This document shows positions 35,489 through 45,631 of a DNA stretch of 64,000 nt, one piece after another. Positions within the stretch are counted from its first letter, which is position 1, and every line of letters begins with the position of its first letter. Source of the stretch: Rhodobiaceae bacterium (GTDB lineage: Bacteria; Pseudomonadota; Alphaproteobacteria; Rhizobiales; JAKPQE01). The stretch covers positions 6,025 to 70,024 of the forward strand of contig JANQEG010000027.1 in assembly GCA_028278505.1 (NCBI GenBank). Reading direction: 5' to 3'. The position numbers and the translations under genes were made by a program. The notes below the pieces were generated by a model. The model did no database searches. It saw only the letters and a list, made by a program, of their open reading frames with translations, and was not told the origin of the DNA.

Positions 35489-36002
35489 GCGGCGCCCGAT
35501 CGTCGTCGTCATGGGCGTATCGGGATCGGGCAAGACGACGATCGGCGAAGCGCTTGCCCGCCGCCAGAACCTGCCGTTTCTCGACGCCGACGACTTTCAC
35601 CCGCAAGCCAATATCGACAAGATGTCGGCCGCAATCCCGCTCACCGACGACGACCGCTGGCCCTGGCTCAAGGCGCTCGGCGCGGCCATGCGTCAGGCGG
35701 CCGAAAACGAGGGCGGCGTCATCGCCACGTGTTCGGCCCTGAAGCGATCCTACAGATCGCATTTGTCCGAACATGTCGGGCTGCCGATGATCTACGCGCT
35801 GCTCGACGGCAGCCGCGAAACGCTGTTCAAGCGCATCAGCGCCCGAAAGGACCATTACATGCCGCCGAGCCTCCTCGACAGCCAGCTTGCCGCGCTCGAA
35901 CGCCCGGCAGCCGACGAGCCGGTAGCGACCTTTTCGATCGAGAACGACGCGGAGGCGATCGTCGAGGAGATCGAGGCGGCCCTCGCCGCGCTGTCGAAAT
36001 AG
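35457..36002 (+). CDS. gntK: Gluconokinase (start uncertain)
   Basis: MGVSGSGKTT, DADDFHP, PLTDDDRWPW, CSALKRSYR, HYMPPSLLDSQ. Confidence 0.92.
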   Translation: MSTAVSPVRFERRPIVVVMGVSGSGKTTIGEALARRQNLPFLDADDFHPQANIDKMSAAIPLTDDDRWPWLKALGAAMRQAAENEGGVIATCSALKRSYRSHLSEHVGLPMIYALLDGSRETLFKRISARKDHYMPPSLLDSQLAALERPAADEPVATFSIENDAEAIVEEIEAALAALSK

Positions 36003-36029
36003 CTTTCGGTTTATCACCGCGATCCGGCT

Positions 36030-36995
36030 TCACGTGACCCGGTCAACCGGCGCCTTCCCGGCAAAGAACGCATCGAGATTGTCGAGCGCGCGGAAGCCCA
36101 TGGCGTCGCGGGTCTCGACCGTGGCGCTGCCCAGATGCGGCAGCAGAAACGCGTTGTCGAGCGTCCGGTAGCCCGGATGGATCGCCGGCTCGTTGTTGAA
36201 GACGTCGAGGCCGGCGGCATAAAGCCGGCCCGAACGCAGCGCATCGATCAACGCCGCGTCGTCGATGACGTTGCCGCGGGCGGTGTTGACGACGATGGCG
36301 CCCGCCGGCAGCAGCGCCAATGTCCGTTCATTGATCAGCCGGTCGGTCTCCGGTGTCGCCGGGCAGTGGATCGACAGAACGTCGGCGTGGCGCAGCAGGT
36401 CATCCACCGTGTCGTGGAAGATGGCGCCGGCCTCAAGCGCCGGATCGAGCCGGTTTCGGTTGTGGTAGTGGATCTCCATGCCGAAACTTCGGGCGCGTTC
36501 GGCGGTAATCCGGCCGATCTTGCCCATGCCGAGCACCCCGAAGCGCCGGCCCGTGACCTGGCGGCCGAGCATGAAGGTCGGGCTCCAGCTTGTCCAGCCG
36601 TCGGCGCGCACCAGCCGCTCCCCCTCCCCGGCCCGCCGCGCCGCGCCGAGCATCAGCAGGATGGCGATTTCGGCGGTGGCGTCGGACAGCACGTCCGGCG
36701 TGTTGGTGACGACGAGCCCCCTCGCCTGCGCCGCCTCAATGTCGATGTGGTCGTAGCCGACCGAGAAGCTGGCGGCGATCCGGATGCTCTGCGGAAGCCT
36801 TTCGATCACCGCCGCCGACAGCTTGTCGGTCGGGCAGACGAGCAGGCCGTCGGCGCCTGCGGCGCGGCTGATCAGTTCGTCGGCGCTGAAGACGGTGTCG
36901 TCGGGATTGAGCCGTGCCGCATAGTCGCGTTGAAGCCGCGCCTCGACCGCCTCGGGCAGCTTGCGGGTCACCAGGATCGTCGGTTGTGCCGCCAT
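36030..36995 (-). CDS. Glyoxylate/hydroxypyruvate or 2-ketogluconate reductase family
   Basis: SVGYDHID, TNTPDVL, GMGKIG, NTARG, GLDVFNNEP, LPHLGSAT. Confidence 0.9.
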   Translation of the reverse strand: MAAQPTILVTRKLPEAVEARLQRDYAARLNPDDTVFSADELISRAAGADGLLVCPTDKLSAAVIERLPQSIRIAASFSVGYDHIDIEAAQARGLVVTNTPDVLSDATAEIAILLMLGAARRAGEGERLVRADGWTSWSPTFMLGRQVTGRRFGVLGMGKIGRITAERARSFGMEIHYHNRNRLDPALEAGAIFHDTVDDLLRHADVLSIHCPATPETDRLINERTLALLPAGAIVVNTARGNVIDDAALIDALRSGRLYAAGLDVFNNEPAIHPGYRTLDNAFLLPHLGSATVETRDAMGFRALDNLDAFFAGKAPVDRVT

Positions 36996-37023
36996 TCCGT
37001 CCTCTTTCAGGTTTCCGGGCCAC

Positions 37024-37308
37024 TCACGCCGTCGGCGCAACCTCAAAGCCCGGGCGGGTGGGGATTTCGGCCGTTGCGGCATCGCGCCGCTCGATGGCGT
37101 CGACCCGGGCGCCAGCCGGTCCGCGACGGCACGCCGCGATCATCTCTTCAATGGCGGTCTCGGGGCCGGCAAAGACCGCCTCCACCGTGCCGTCGGCGCG
37201 GTTGCGCACCCAACCGGAAAGCCCGAGTGCGGCGGCGGTGCGGCGCGTCCAGACCCGGTACGCAACCCCCTGCACCCGGCCGCGGATGACCACATGAACC
37301 GATCTCAT
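37024..37308 (-). CDS. acyP: Acylphosphatase
   Basis: [28 protein letters not shown]. Confidence 0.93.
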   Translation of the reverse strand: MRSVHVVIRGRVQGVAYRVWTRRTAAALGLSGWVRNRADGTVEAVFAGPETAIEEMIAACRRGPAGARVDAIERRDAATAEIPTRPGFEVAPTA

Positions 37309-37388
37309 CGCTGCCCTCCCGGCCGTCTTGGGCGCCCGACGCCTGAATTTTCCGTGTCAACGCAACGGACTGAAGCACGCGCCGATAC

Positions 37389-37784
37389 TATCGCGTATTC
37401 CCGAAAAAGCCTGCTCCGGGCCTGAACCGGGGTGGGAACCGGTTTTCGGATAAGAATACGCGACAAAACAAAGAGATAGAGCGCTTTAAGCGATTGAATT
37501 CACACTACGCTAAACGACACAAACATCATCGCCACCACCTCTCCCTCGTCACCGCCCGGTTTATCCGGGCGGTCCATTGGCCCGTCAACTTGCCAACGCA
37601 GTGGCGAAAAACTCAAGCGCTTCTGGGTGCGGGACCGCCATTGGATTGCCCGCATGAAGCGGGCAATGACGACGGAAGAGGGATCGAAACCATCCCAAAT
37701 TGCCGAAACCGGACAAACCCGGCAGGACGGAAATACGCTGCTGTATCGTGTAGTGTGGATTCAGTTCAAACGAAAAGCGCTCTA
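37389..37784. repeat. Composite BRU-RS-like/MITE element with nested REPIN
   Basis: TCGCGTATTC..GAATACGCGA hairpin, CAAAACAAAGAGA linker, TAGAGCGCTTT..AAAGCGCTCTA inverted ends, internal REP doublet. Confidence 0.7.
37572..37704 (+). repeat. Copy 1 of ~130-bp dispersed repeat
   Basis: Aligns to 46175-46308 and 53161-53290. Confidence 0.85.
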
Positions 37785-37822
37785 TCGCGAGAACCCTTCC
37801 CGCAGAGAACGATTTTCGTGTT

Positions 37823-38485
37823 ATGACGGTCGATGCATTGTGGACCGGATCGATGGATTTAAGACGCGACGGAACAGAACGGCTGATTTTCCGCCATGAC
37901 GGAGAACGCACGACGCGGATCTTCGCCGCCATTGTCGGCGGCATCCTCGTGCTTGCCCTGTTCATCTGGTTCTTCACCGGAACGACCTCGCCGCTGCCGA
38001 TCCTCGCCACCCTCGGCCTCGCCCTCGGTTTCTTCTGGCTGGTGCGCCGGACCCAGACGGAATCGATCGCCGTCTTCGATCTGGAAAACGGTGCCTTCGG
38101 GCTGCGCCACAGCCGCCGCGGCCAGGTGATCGAGGAGATCGAGGTGCCGCTGCTCGCAATCGAGGCGATCATCGTCGACGTTGCCGCGGGCGGCAATCCA
38201 CGAACGCTGTCGCTGCGCCCGGCAGTGGTGATCGAAAAGACCATCGTGCCGCTGACCCAGACCGATTTCGAGACCGGCGAGCGGCCGCAGACGATCGCCA
38301 CGGCGTTGCGCCTCTTTCTTGGCCATGACGATTACGGACTGATCGACGATTCCATCGCCGCATTGGCGCGCCTCTCGCCGCGCATCCAGCCGGCGATCCG
38401 GCTCGCCAGGCTCGGCAAGGGGCTGAGCCGGACCGAGGCCTTCCGCCTCGTCAGCTCGCTGCGCGAGGTCGAGCCGACCGCCTGA
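37823..38485 (+). CDS. Hypothetical membrane protein (two N-terminal TMs)
   Basis: 220-aa ORF with host-like codon usage and two hydrophobic segments. Confidence 0.7.
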   Translation: MTVDALWTGSMDLRRDGTERLIFRHDGERTTRIFAAIVGGILVLALFIWFFTGTTSPLPILATLGLALGFFWLVRRTQTESIAVFDLENGAFGLRHSRRGQVIEEIEVPLLAIEAIIVDVAAGGNPRTLSLRPAVVIEKTIVPLTQTDFETGERPQTIATALRLFLGHDDYGLIDDSIAALARLSPRIQPAIRLARLGKGLSRTEAFRLVSSLREVEPTA

Positions 38486-38523
38486 GCGGGGTCGATAGAC
38501 CGTTTCAGAATCAACCCCTTCCA

Positions 38524-38634
38524 CCCTCACCCGGCCTTCGGCCGACCTCTCCCTCAAGGGAGAGGTGGAATTGCGCGTGGCGCCAACCACACGTGTCCCC
38601 TCTCCCCGCCGGGGAGAGGGCCAGGGTGAGGGGG
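38524..38634. repeat. CCCTCACCC-type REP doublet between convergent genes
   Basis: Same family as 33254-33367. Confidence 0.78.
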
Positions 38635-38650
38635 ACAAAAGCTCCGGGCC

Positions 38651-40663
38651 CTACTCGAACTCCATGATGACCGCATCGACGGCGAGGCTGTCGCCCGGCT
38701 CGGCCTTGATCGCAGCGACCGTCAGATCGCGCTCGGCCCGCAGCACGTTCTCCATCTTCATCGCCTCGACGATCGCCAGCGTCTCGCCGGCCTTGACCTC
38801 CTGGCCCTCGGCGACCGCAATCGAGACGACGAGGCCGGGCATCGGGCAAAGCAGCATCTTGGAGGTGTCGGGCGGCACCTTTTCCGGCATCAGCGTTGCG
38901 AGTTCGGCGATGCGTTCGGTCATCACCTCGGCGGTGACCGTGATCCCGCGCCAGGTCAGCCGCCAGCCGTTCAGTGACCGGCGAACCTGGACGGTCAACC
39001 GGCGCTCGCCGACGGTGCCTTCCCACAAAAGGTCGCCCGGCCGCCAATCGGAGCGGACCGCCTGATTGCTGCCATCGGCGCCGAACACGATCTCGCACTC
39101 GATCGGCGCCGGCAGGAAGCCGGCCGGCAGGTGGATCTCGACCGGATGACCGTCGAGCCGAACCACCCAGTCCATGCGCTGCTCGCGCGGCGCGAAATGG
39201 CGCTCGGCGCTGTCCTCGAAGCGGTAGCGGTTCGACAGCTCCACCGACGCCGCCACGGCGGAGAGCAGCAACTCGGCCTCGGCATCGAGATGGCCGCCGG
39301 TGAAGCCGTCGGGATATTCCTCGGCGATGAAGCTCGTCGACAGCCGCCCCTCGCGCCAGCGGGCATGGCGCATCAGATCGGAGAGAAACGGGATATTGTG
39401 CTCAATCCCGTCGATAAAGAACGCGTCGAGCGCCTCGCTCATGCCGGTGATCGCCGCCGATCGGGTCGCGGCGTGGACGCACAGCTTGGCGATCATCGGG
39501 TCGTAGAACATGGAGATTTCTGAGCCCTCGACGACGCCGGTGTCGTTGCGCACCAGATAGCCGTCATGGCGCCCCTCGCTCGGTGGCCGGTAGCGGACCA
39601 GGCGCCCGATCGACGGCATGAAGTTGCGGAACGGGTCCTCGGCATAGATGCGGCTCTCGATCGCCCAGCCGTCGATCTTGACCTGATCCTGGGTGATCGA
39701 AAGCGTCTCGCCGGCGGCCACCCGGATCATCTGCTCGACCAGATCGATGCCGGTGATCAGCTCGGTCACCGGGTGCTCGACCTGCAGCCGCGTGTTCATC
39801 TCCAGGAAGTAGAAATTGCGGTCCTTGTCGACGATGAATTCGACCGTGCCGGCGCTCTCATAGTCGACGGCGCGGGCGAGCGCCAGGGCCTGTTCGCCCA
39901 TCGCTTTGCGGGTCTTCTTGTCGAGAAACGGCGACGGCGCCTCCTCGATCACCTTCTGGTTCCGGCGCTGGATCGAGCACTCGCGCTCGTTCAGATAGAT
40001 GGCGTTGCCGTGCTTGTCGCCGAGCACCTGGATTTCGATGTGACGCGGCTCGACGATGAACTTTTCGATAAAGACGCGGTCGTCGCCGAAAGAGGATTTC
40101 GCTTCCGAGCGGGCGCGGTCGAAGCCGTCGGCGACCTCCGCCTCGGTCCAGGCGATGCGCATGCCCTTGCCGCCGCCACCGGCCGAGGCCTTGATCATCA
40201 CCGGATAGCCGATGTCGTCGGCGATCTTCACCGCCTCCTCGGGCGTCTCGATGACGCCGAGATGGCCTGGCACCGTGCTGACCTTTGCGGCGCTGGCGAA
40301 TTTCTTCGATTCGATCTTGTCGCCCATCGCCTCGATCGCCGCCACATTGGGGCCGATGAAGGCGATGCCGGCGTCGGCGAGCGCCCGGGCGAACGCCGCG
40401 TTCTCCGAAAGGAAGCCGTAGCCGGGATGCACGGCTTCGGCGCCGGTGTCCTTGCACGCGGCAATGATCTTGTCGATGACCAGATAGGATTCGGCCGCCG
40501 GCGCCGGGCCGATAAGGACGGCTTCGTCGGCCATTTCCACATGCATCGCGTCCTTGTCCGCATCGGAGTGGACCGCGACCGTTGCAATGCCCATCTTCTT
40601 CGCCGACTTGATGATCCGGCAGGCGATTTCGCCGCGATTGGCAATCAGGATTTTTCTGAACAA
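38651..40663 (-). CDS. pccA: Propionyl-CoA carboxylase alpha subunit (biotin carboxylase + BCCP)
   Basis: ANRGEIA, HPGYGFLSEN, EMNTRLQVEHP, EAMKM; TTG start. Confidence 0.9.
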   Translation of the reverse strand: MFRKILIANRGEIACRIIKSAKKMGIATVAVHSDADKDAMHVEMADEAVLIGPAPAAESYLVIDKIIAACKDTGAEAVHPGYGFLSENAAFARALADAGIAFIGPNVAAIEAMGDKIESKKFASAAKVSTVPGHLGVIETPEEAVKIADDIGYPVMIKASAGGGGKGMRIAWTEAEVADGFDRARSEAKSSFGDDRVFIEKFIVEPRHIEIQVLGDKHGNAIYLNERECSIQRRNQKVIEEAPSPFLDKKTRKAMGEQALALARAVDYESAGTVEFIVDKDRNFYFLEMNTRLQVEHPVTELITGIDLVEQMIRVAAGETLSITQDQVKIDGWAIESRIYAEDPFRNFMPSIGRLVRYRPPSEGRHDGYLVRNDTGVVEGSEISMFYDPMIAKLCVHAATRSAAITGMSEALDAFFIDGIEHNIPFLSDLMRHARWREGRLSTSFIAEEYPDGFTGGHLDAEAELLLSAVAASVELSNRYRFEDSAERHFAPREQRMDWVVRLDGHPVEIHLPAGFLPAPIECEIVFGADGSNQAVRSDWRPGDLLWEGTVGERRLTVQVRRSLNGWRLTWRGITVTAEVMTERIAELATLMPEKVPPDTSKMLLCPMPGLVVSIAVAEGQEVKAGETLAIVEAMKMENVLRAERDLTVAAIKAEPGDSLAVDAVIMEFE

Positions 40664-40793
40664 TTCCTCACCTCGCCGAAAGAAGGGATATCGCCGGGTC
40701 CCGTCGATGCGTCCGCGCGAGACGCCGGCCGGCCCGATCCGGCAGGGATCGTTTTATACTGCGATGCGAAAGCGGTAAACGCCGTCGTTCGGC

Positions 40794-41552
40794 TTAAGCA
40801 GACGTCAGCGCGAGCACCTCGACGGCGGCCTGCATTTCGCAAGCTTGCGCCGCGCGCCGGCGGGCCGCCTCCGCGTCCTCGCCCCATTGCGCGATCTGCC
40901 AATCCTCGTCCACATGCGCCGCCTGCCAGGCCGCTTCCGTCGACAGCCGGCCGTGGCCTGCGGCCAGCGCCAGAACCGCCGATCCGGTCAGCGTGGTGAT
41001 CGTGTGAAGCGCCGTCAGCCGGAACGGATCGCCGCCGACGAGGTAGTCGAGCGCGGCGGAAAACCGCGCCAGCGCCGCCGCCGTCTGCTCGACATGGCGG
41101 ATGCCGCCGGCGACGGCGAAATCGACACCGAGTTCCTGCTTGAGCCAGGCGAGAACCGGGTCCCACGCCGCCTGCTGGTGCGCGACCAGCCTGTCGGGCT
41201 CAAGCGCGCGATAGCAGAGGAGATCGCTGCCGGCAAAGTCGAGGATATCCGCCGCGACCGCCTCCATATCGTCGCCGACGCCGTCGATCGCGACATTGAC
41301 GATGCGCGTGATCGGCAGCGCCAGGGGATCGATGACCTCGCCCAGCCCCTGCCATTCCAGGGCGACCGCCTGGCTCAGCTTCACATGGGGCGTCGACAGC
41401 GGCCGTTTCGCCGGGGTCCGCGCCGACCGGCCGTCGAGAGTGAGCACGAAGCCGTCCGGGGTCTCGGCGACGGTCGCGGTCTTGAAGAAACGGCGCGGCG
41501 GTGCCGGCCGGGCCTGGGCCCGGGCGCGCCGCGTCGGATCGTCAGCATCCAT
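40794..41552 (-). CDS. ATP12 family chaperone
   Basis: RRFFK, LDGRSARTP, DLLCYRA, LTGS, AHVDEDWQ..WG. Confidence 0.9.
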   Translation of the reverse strand: MDADDPTRRARAQARPAPPRRFFKTATVAETPDGFVLTLDGRSARTPAKRPLSTPHVKLSQAVALEWQGLGEVIDPLALPITRIVNVAIDGVGDDMEAVAADILDFAGSDLLCYRALEPDRLVAHQQAAWDPVLAWLKQELGVDFAVAGGIRHVEQTAAALARFSAALDYLVGGDPFRLTALHTITTLTGSAVLALAAGHGRLSTEAAWQAAHVDEDWQIAQWGEDAEAARRRAAQACEMQAAVEVLALTSA

Positions 41553-42216
41553 GGGTCCAGAAGAACTCCTCCAGCGCCGGCACCAGATCCTCGAAGTCCT
41601 CGACCACGGCGAAGGCGCCGGCGGCCATCAGCGCATCTTTGGTATGGTTGCCCCAGGCGACGCCGATGCCGGTGACGCCGGCGGCCTTGGCCATTTCCAT
41701 ATCATAGGCGGTGTCGCCGACGACAATGGTGTTTTCCTTCTCGACGCCGGTTTCGGCGATCGCCCGGCGCACCATCGTCGGATCGGGCTTGGAGGGCGAG
41801 GTGTCGGCGGTCTGGATGGTGTTGAAGCGGCCGTTGAGGCCGGTCGCCGCGAGCATGGTGTCGACGCCGCGGCGCGATTTTCCGGTGGCGATCCCGAGCA
41901 GCACCTCCTCGCGCTCGTCGAGAAAGTCGATCGCTTCGAGGGCGCCGGAAAACAGGCATTCGGAATGGTGCGGGTCCTGGCGCATTGCCGCGAAATTGTT
42001 GCGGTAGGTTTCGACCACGTCGGTAAGGCGCACCGCCTCGCCCGGCGCGACCAGCCGGCTGATCGCCTGGGGCAGCGACAGGCCGATGACCTCCAGCACG
42101 TCGTCGCGATGCGGCGCCGACAGCTTGTGCCGGTGGAATGTCCGCATCATCGCTTCGACGATCAGATGCTGGCTGTCCACCAGCGTTCCGTCACAATCGA
42201 ACAGGACCAGATACAT
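41542..42216 (-). CDS. HAD-IA hydrolase (phosphoglycolate phosphatase-like)
   Basis: FDCDGTLVDS, ATGK, SKPDP, VGDT..D. Confidence 0.9.
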   Translation of the reverse strand: MYLVLFDCDGTLVDSQHLIVEAMMRTFHRHKLSAPHRDDVLEVIGLSLPQAISRLVAPGEAVRLTDVVETYRNNFAAMRQDPHHSECLFSGALEAIDFLDEREEVLLGIATGKSRRGVDTMLAATGLNGRFNTIQTADTSPSKPDPTMVRRAIAETGVEKENTIVVGDTAYDMEMAKAAGVTGIGVAWGNHTKDALMAAGAFAVVEDFEDLVPALEEFFWTHGC

Positions 42217-42288
42217 CGTTATTCTTGAGCGTTTCCAATTTCGCCATTCAAGCGGAATAAATTGAGGCCGTCGATGAGCCGAACCGTC

Positions 42289-43206
42289 TCACCCCCGCGC
42301 CGGCCTGTTGACGATATAGATACCGAAGGCGACGAGCGCGAGGGCCAGGAGCAGCGTCCAGGTCACCTGCTCCTGCAGCAGCAATGCGCCGAAGAGGACG
42401 CCGAACAGCGGCGTCAGAAAGGTGAAGGAAGCGATCCGCGGCGCCGAATAGTGCCGCACCAGCCAGAACCAGACGAGATAGCTGATCGCCGCGACGATGA
42501 TCGTCTGGTAGGCGAGCGACAGCATGATCAGCGGCCGCGTGTCGGTGATCGTCATCTCGCCGAAAAGCGGCGCCGCCGCAAACAACAGCACGGCGGAGAC
42601 CGCAAGCTGGTAAAGCAGCGTCTTTTCCGGGCGAACGACGGCCAGCGGCGATGCCTTGATCAGCACCGTCGTCGCCCCCCAGAAGACCGCGCCGATGAGA
42701 CAGAGCGCGTCGCCGAACACCGCCTCCGGCGTATAGGCGACGAAACCGTCGCCAAAGGCGATGACGATGCCGGCAAAGGCGGCGCTCAGTCCGACCAGGC
42801 GGACACCGGTCAGGCGCTCGCCGGTGATGAAGAAATGGCTGCCGATGGCGACGACGAACGGCGCGAAATTGATGAAGATCGGCGCCCGCGACGCATTGGT
42901 GAAGGTGAGCCCCCAATAGATCAGCAGAAACTCGATGCCGAACAGCAGTCCGGCGGCAATGCCCCACCACAGGGTTCCGTCGCGGTCGAACAGCGGCACA
43001 GACCGCGCCTGGCACCACATGAAGACGAGAATGGTCGCGCCGGCGGAGCGGATGCCCGATTGAAGCACCGGCTGCACGCCCTCATTGGCGACCTTGATCG
43101 CGACCTGCTGCAGGCCCCAGGTCAGGCACAGCACGATGAGCGTCGCAGCCGCGGTCGCGTCGAGGGCGGCGCTCGCGGGCGCCCGTCCCGGCTTCGGCGG
43201 CGTCAT
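42289..43206 (-). CDS. DMT/EamA transporter
   Basis: About 10 TMs, WGLQQVAIK, FLTPLFGV. Confidence 0.9.
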   Translation of the reverse strand: MTPPKPGRAPASAALDATAAATLIVLCLTWGLQQVAIKVANEGVQPVLQSGIRSAGATILVFMWCQARSVPLFDRDGTLWWGIAAGLLFGIEFLLIYWGLTFTNASRAPIFINFAPFVVAIGSHFFITGERLTGVRLVGLSAAFAGIVIAFGDGFVAYTPEAVFGDALCLIGAVFWGATTVLIKASPLAVVRPEKTLLYQLAVSAVLLFAAAPLFGEMTITDTRPLIMLSLAYQTIIVAAISYLVWFWLVRHYSAPRIASFTFLTPLFGVLFGALLLQEQVTWTLLLALALVAFGIYIVNRPARG

Positions 43207-43421
43207 TCCCGCGCGTTCCCGCCGCCTTCGCGCTCGTTCAGGCGCTCGAGCAGCGCGTTGGTCCGCGCCACCTCCTCTTTCAGCGCATTCAACGCATCGA
43301 CGATGTGCCGGTCGTCGCGCCGCGGCGCGGCGATGACGAAATAGCGCCGGCCGAACCAGACGATCAGCACGGTCAGGGCGACGAGCCCGACGAGCGCGAG
43401 ATAGGCGGCGATCTCGGTCAT
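43203..43421 (-). CDS. Small membrane-anchored hypothetical protein
   Basis: N-terminal TM plus coiled coil; 4-bp overlap with DMT start. Confidence 0.6.
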   Translation of the reverse strand: MTEIAAYLALVGLVALTVLIVWFGRRYFVIAAPRRDDRHIVDALNALKEEVARTNALLERLNEREGGGNARE

Positions 43422-43493
43422 GACGGTGCGCGCTTCACTCCAGCAGTTTCGACCCGCACACCGTGCCGCCGCAATTCTCGGTGCCCGGTCGCG

Positions 43494-44474
43494 CTACTCC
43501 GCGTTATCTTTCACGAAGGCGTCGAAGCCGTCCACATTTGCTTTCCAGATATCGATATAGCGGGCCATGTCGGTGCGGCTGAGCCCGTCGAAGGTCAGCA
43601 CTTCCATGGTCAGGACCAATTGCTTTTCGTCATAAGGTATCGCTGCAATAAACCACTCTGTTATATTGAAATCATTCAATATTTGAGGCGTGTGGATCGG
43701 CTCCAGAGGACGCACCAGGAAAAACGTCATGGCGCCGCAATGCTGCATGCGGATATGGCAGAGCTGGACGCCGGCGAGCACCCGCATGCCGTCGATCGTC
43801 ACCCACAGCCGCGAATCGTCGCCCTCCAGCCGCCTGGTCTCGTGACCGAGATCGCCGAATATCTCGGCCAGGGTATCGATGTTGACGATCTTGAGGCGCC
43901 GGTCCTCGGCAATGCTGTCGTCGCGCCCGAGCAGCGCCTCGACCTTCGGCGGCGACGTGGTCATGGCCGAATCGAGAACCTCGTCCGCCATCACCTCGTC
44001 GCCCGGATCGGCCGGATAGCCGTCGGCGAGCGCCCCGGCGATCTCGCGCCAGATATCGATCGCAGCGGAAAACCGGAGGTCCGGGTCGCCCGAGACGAAG
44101 GTGACATCCATCTCAACGCCCGGAACGCCGGACGCATCGAGGAAATGGCGGACGAACAGCCAGGCGGTATTGCGCTTGAGGATCTCGACCAGCGGCGGCG
44201 CTTCAACGTCGTCGAATGTGGCGATGAAGGCGATATCGAGGCAGGTCGTCGGCTCGCCGTCGCAATCGCCGAATTGAAGCGTCGTCGGCAGATCGCCGAA
44301 ATCGGTTTCAATCGTCGGCGAGCCGGCCTCGCTGACGCCGAACTGGACGGGGAATTTGAAGCGCTCGAGGATCGAGGCAATGTCGACCGGCGTGACCCCG
44401 TTCGCCGCATGCGCGGCGTTCATGACCACCAGTGCCCCGAGAATACCGGCGGCGATCGTTGACAGAAACTTCAT
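43494..44474 (-). CDS. Secreted protein with probable tandem YbjN-like domains
   Basis: Signal peptide MKFLSTIAAG..AAHA; two repeats each with a paired-Cys loop and ending DIW. Confidence 0.6.
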   Translation of the reverse strand: MKFLSTIAAGILGALVVMNAAHAANGVTPVDIASILERFKFPVQFGVSEAGSPTIETDFGDLPTTLQFGDCDGEPTTCLDIAFIATFDDVEAPPLVEILKRNTAWLFVRHFLDASGVPGVEMDVTFVSGDPDLRFSAAIDIWREIAGALADGYPADPGDEVMADEVLDSAMTTSPPKVEALLGRDDSIAEDRRLKIVNIDTLAEIFGDLGHETRRLEGDDSRLWVTIDGMRVLAGVQLCHIRMQHCGAMTFFLVRPLEPIHTPQILNDFNITEWFIAAIPYDEKQLVLTMEVLTFDGLSRTDMARYIDIWKANVDGFDAFVKDNAE

Positions 44475-44632
44475 GGTGCGCCCCCTGCCCGGCTTTCCCC
44501 CGTGGCGGCCCCGCGCCGGCCAGCGGTCGGCCGCGAGCCCGGAGTATAGGCCACGGCATCGACGCCGGCGCTGCCGCCAATCGGCGCACCGGCCGCATGC
44601 ATTGTCAGCAAGGACCGTCGGCGCGCAAACGC

Positions 44633-45631
44633 TCAAAGATCCTTGTCGTGCGCCTTGGCGTCATAATCCGACACATCGAAGCCGAGTCGGTCAAAACTGC
44701 GCTGCATGTGCTCGGGCAAGGGGGCGGTGACGTCGAGGGTGCCGCCGGTGGGATGCGGCAGCACGATCCGCCGCGCCAGCAGATGCAGTTTGTTGTCGAG
44801 GCCGCCGAGCGGATCGCGCTCCGGATCGGCGACATGCCGTTCGCCATATTTCGGATCGCCGACGATCGGATGGCCGATATGAGCGCAGTGGACGCGGAGC
44901 TGATGGGTGCGTCCGGTGACCGGCTTCAGGCTGAGCCAGGCGAAGCGCTGCGCCGCCTTGTCGACGACGGCGTAATAGGTAACGGCGTGCTGCGCCGCCT
45001 CGTCCTCACCGTCGACGGTTGCCACCCGCTCGCCCTGCGGCCCCGGCGTCTTGGCGAGCGCCACCGAAATCCGGCCCTGGGCTGGCTTCGGCACGCCGGT
45101 CACCAGCGCCCAGTAGATCTTGCGCGCCGCGCGGGAGCGGAACGTGCGCGAGAGTTCGGCGGCGACCACGCGGCGGCGGGCAAGCACGATCACCCCGGCG
45201 GTATCCCGGTCGAGCCGGTGGACGAGGCGCGGCGGCTCGCCGTTTCGCCCGGCGAGCGCGCCGAGCATCCCGTCGAGATGCCGGGACGTGCCGCTGCCGC
45301 CCTGCACCGCGAGGCCACAAGGCTTGTTGAGGACAAAGAGTTCGTCGTCCTCGTGCAGGATCAGCGACCGGACAAAGTCGGCGTCCGCTTTGTTCGGCTT
45401 TTTCGGCGGTTTCGGTGCCGCCTCGAGGTCGATCGGCGGCACCCGGATCTTCTGGCCGACGGCGATCCGTTCGCCGGGCCGGGTCCGCCCGCCGTCAAGC
45501 CGGATCTGGCCGGTGCGCATCAGCTTCTGCAGCCGGCCGAAAGAGAGCCCCGGATAGTGCGCCTTGAACCAGCGATCAATCCGGATGCCGTCATCGCCGG
45601 CCGCGACCTCGCGGATCTCGACGCCGCTCAC
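44633..45631 (-). CDS. rluC: RluA-family pseudouridine synthase (RluC-like, S4 domain)
   Basis: RIDRWF, NKP.GLAVQGG, HRLDRDT, TGRTHQLRVH. Confidence 0.88.
   Translation of the reverse strand: MSGVEIREVAAGDDGIRIDRWFKAHYPGLSFGRLQKLMRTGQIRLDGGRTRPGERIAVGQKIRVPPIDLEAAPKPPKKPNKADADFVRSLILHEDDELFVLNKPCGLAVQGGSGTSRHLDGMLGALAGRNGEPPRLVHRLDRDTAGVIVLARRRVVAAELSRTFRSRAARKIYWALVTGVPKPAQGRISVALAKTPGPQGERVATVDGEDEAAQHAVTYYAVVDKAAQRFAWLSLKPVTGRTHQLRVHCAHIGHPIVGDPKYGERHVADPERDPLGGLDNKLHLLARRIVLPHPTGGTLDVTAPLPEHMQRSFDRLGFDVSDYDAKAHDKDL

Noticed and set aside
40838-40849. CGCAAGCTTGCG resembling the candidate TctD box
   Set aside because: Single unit inside the ATP12 coding region, no tandem partner.
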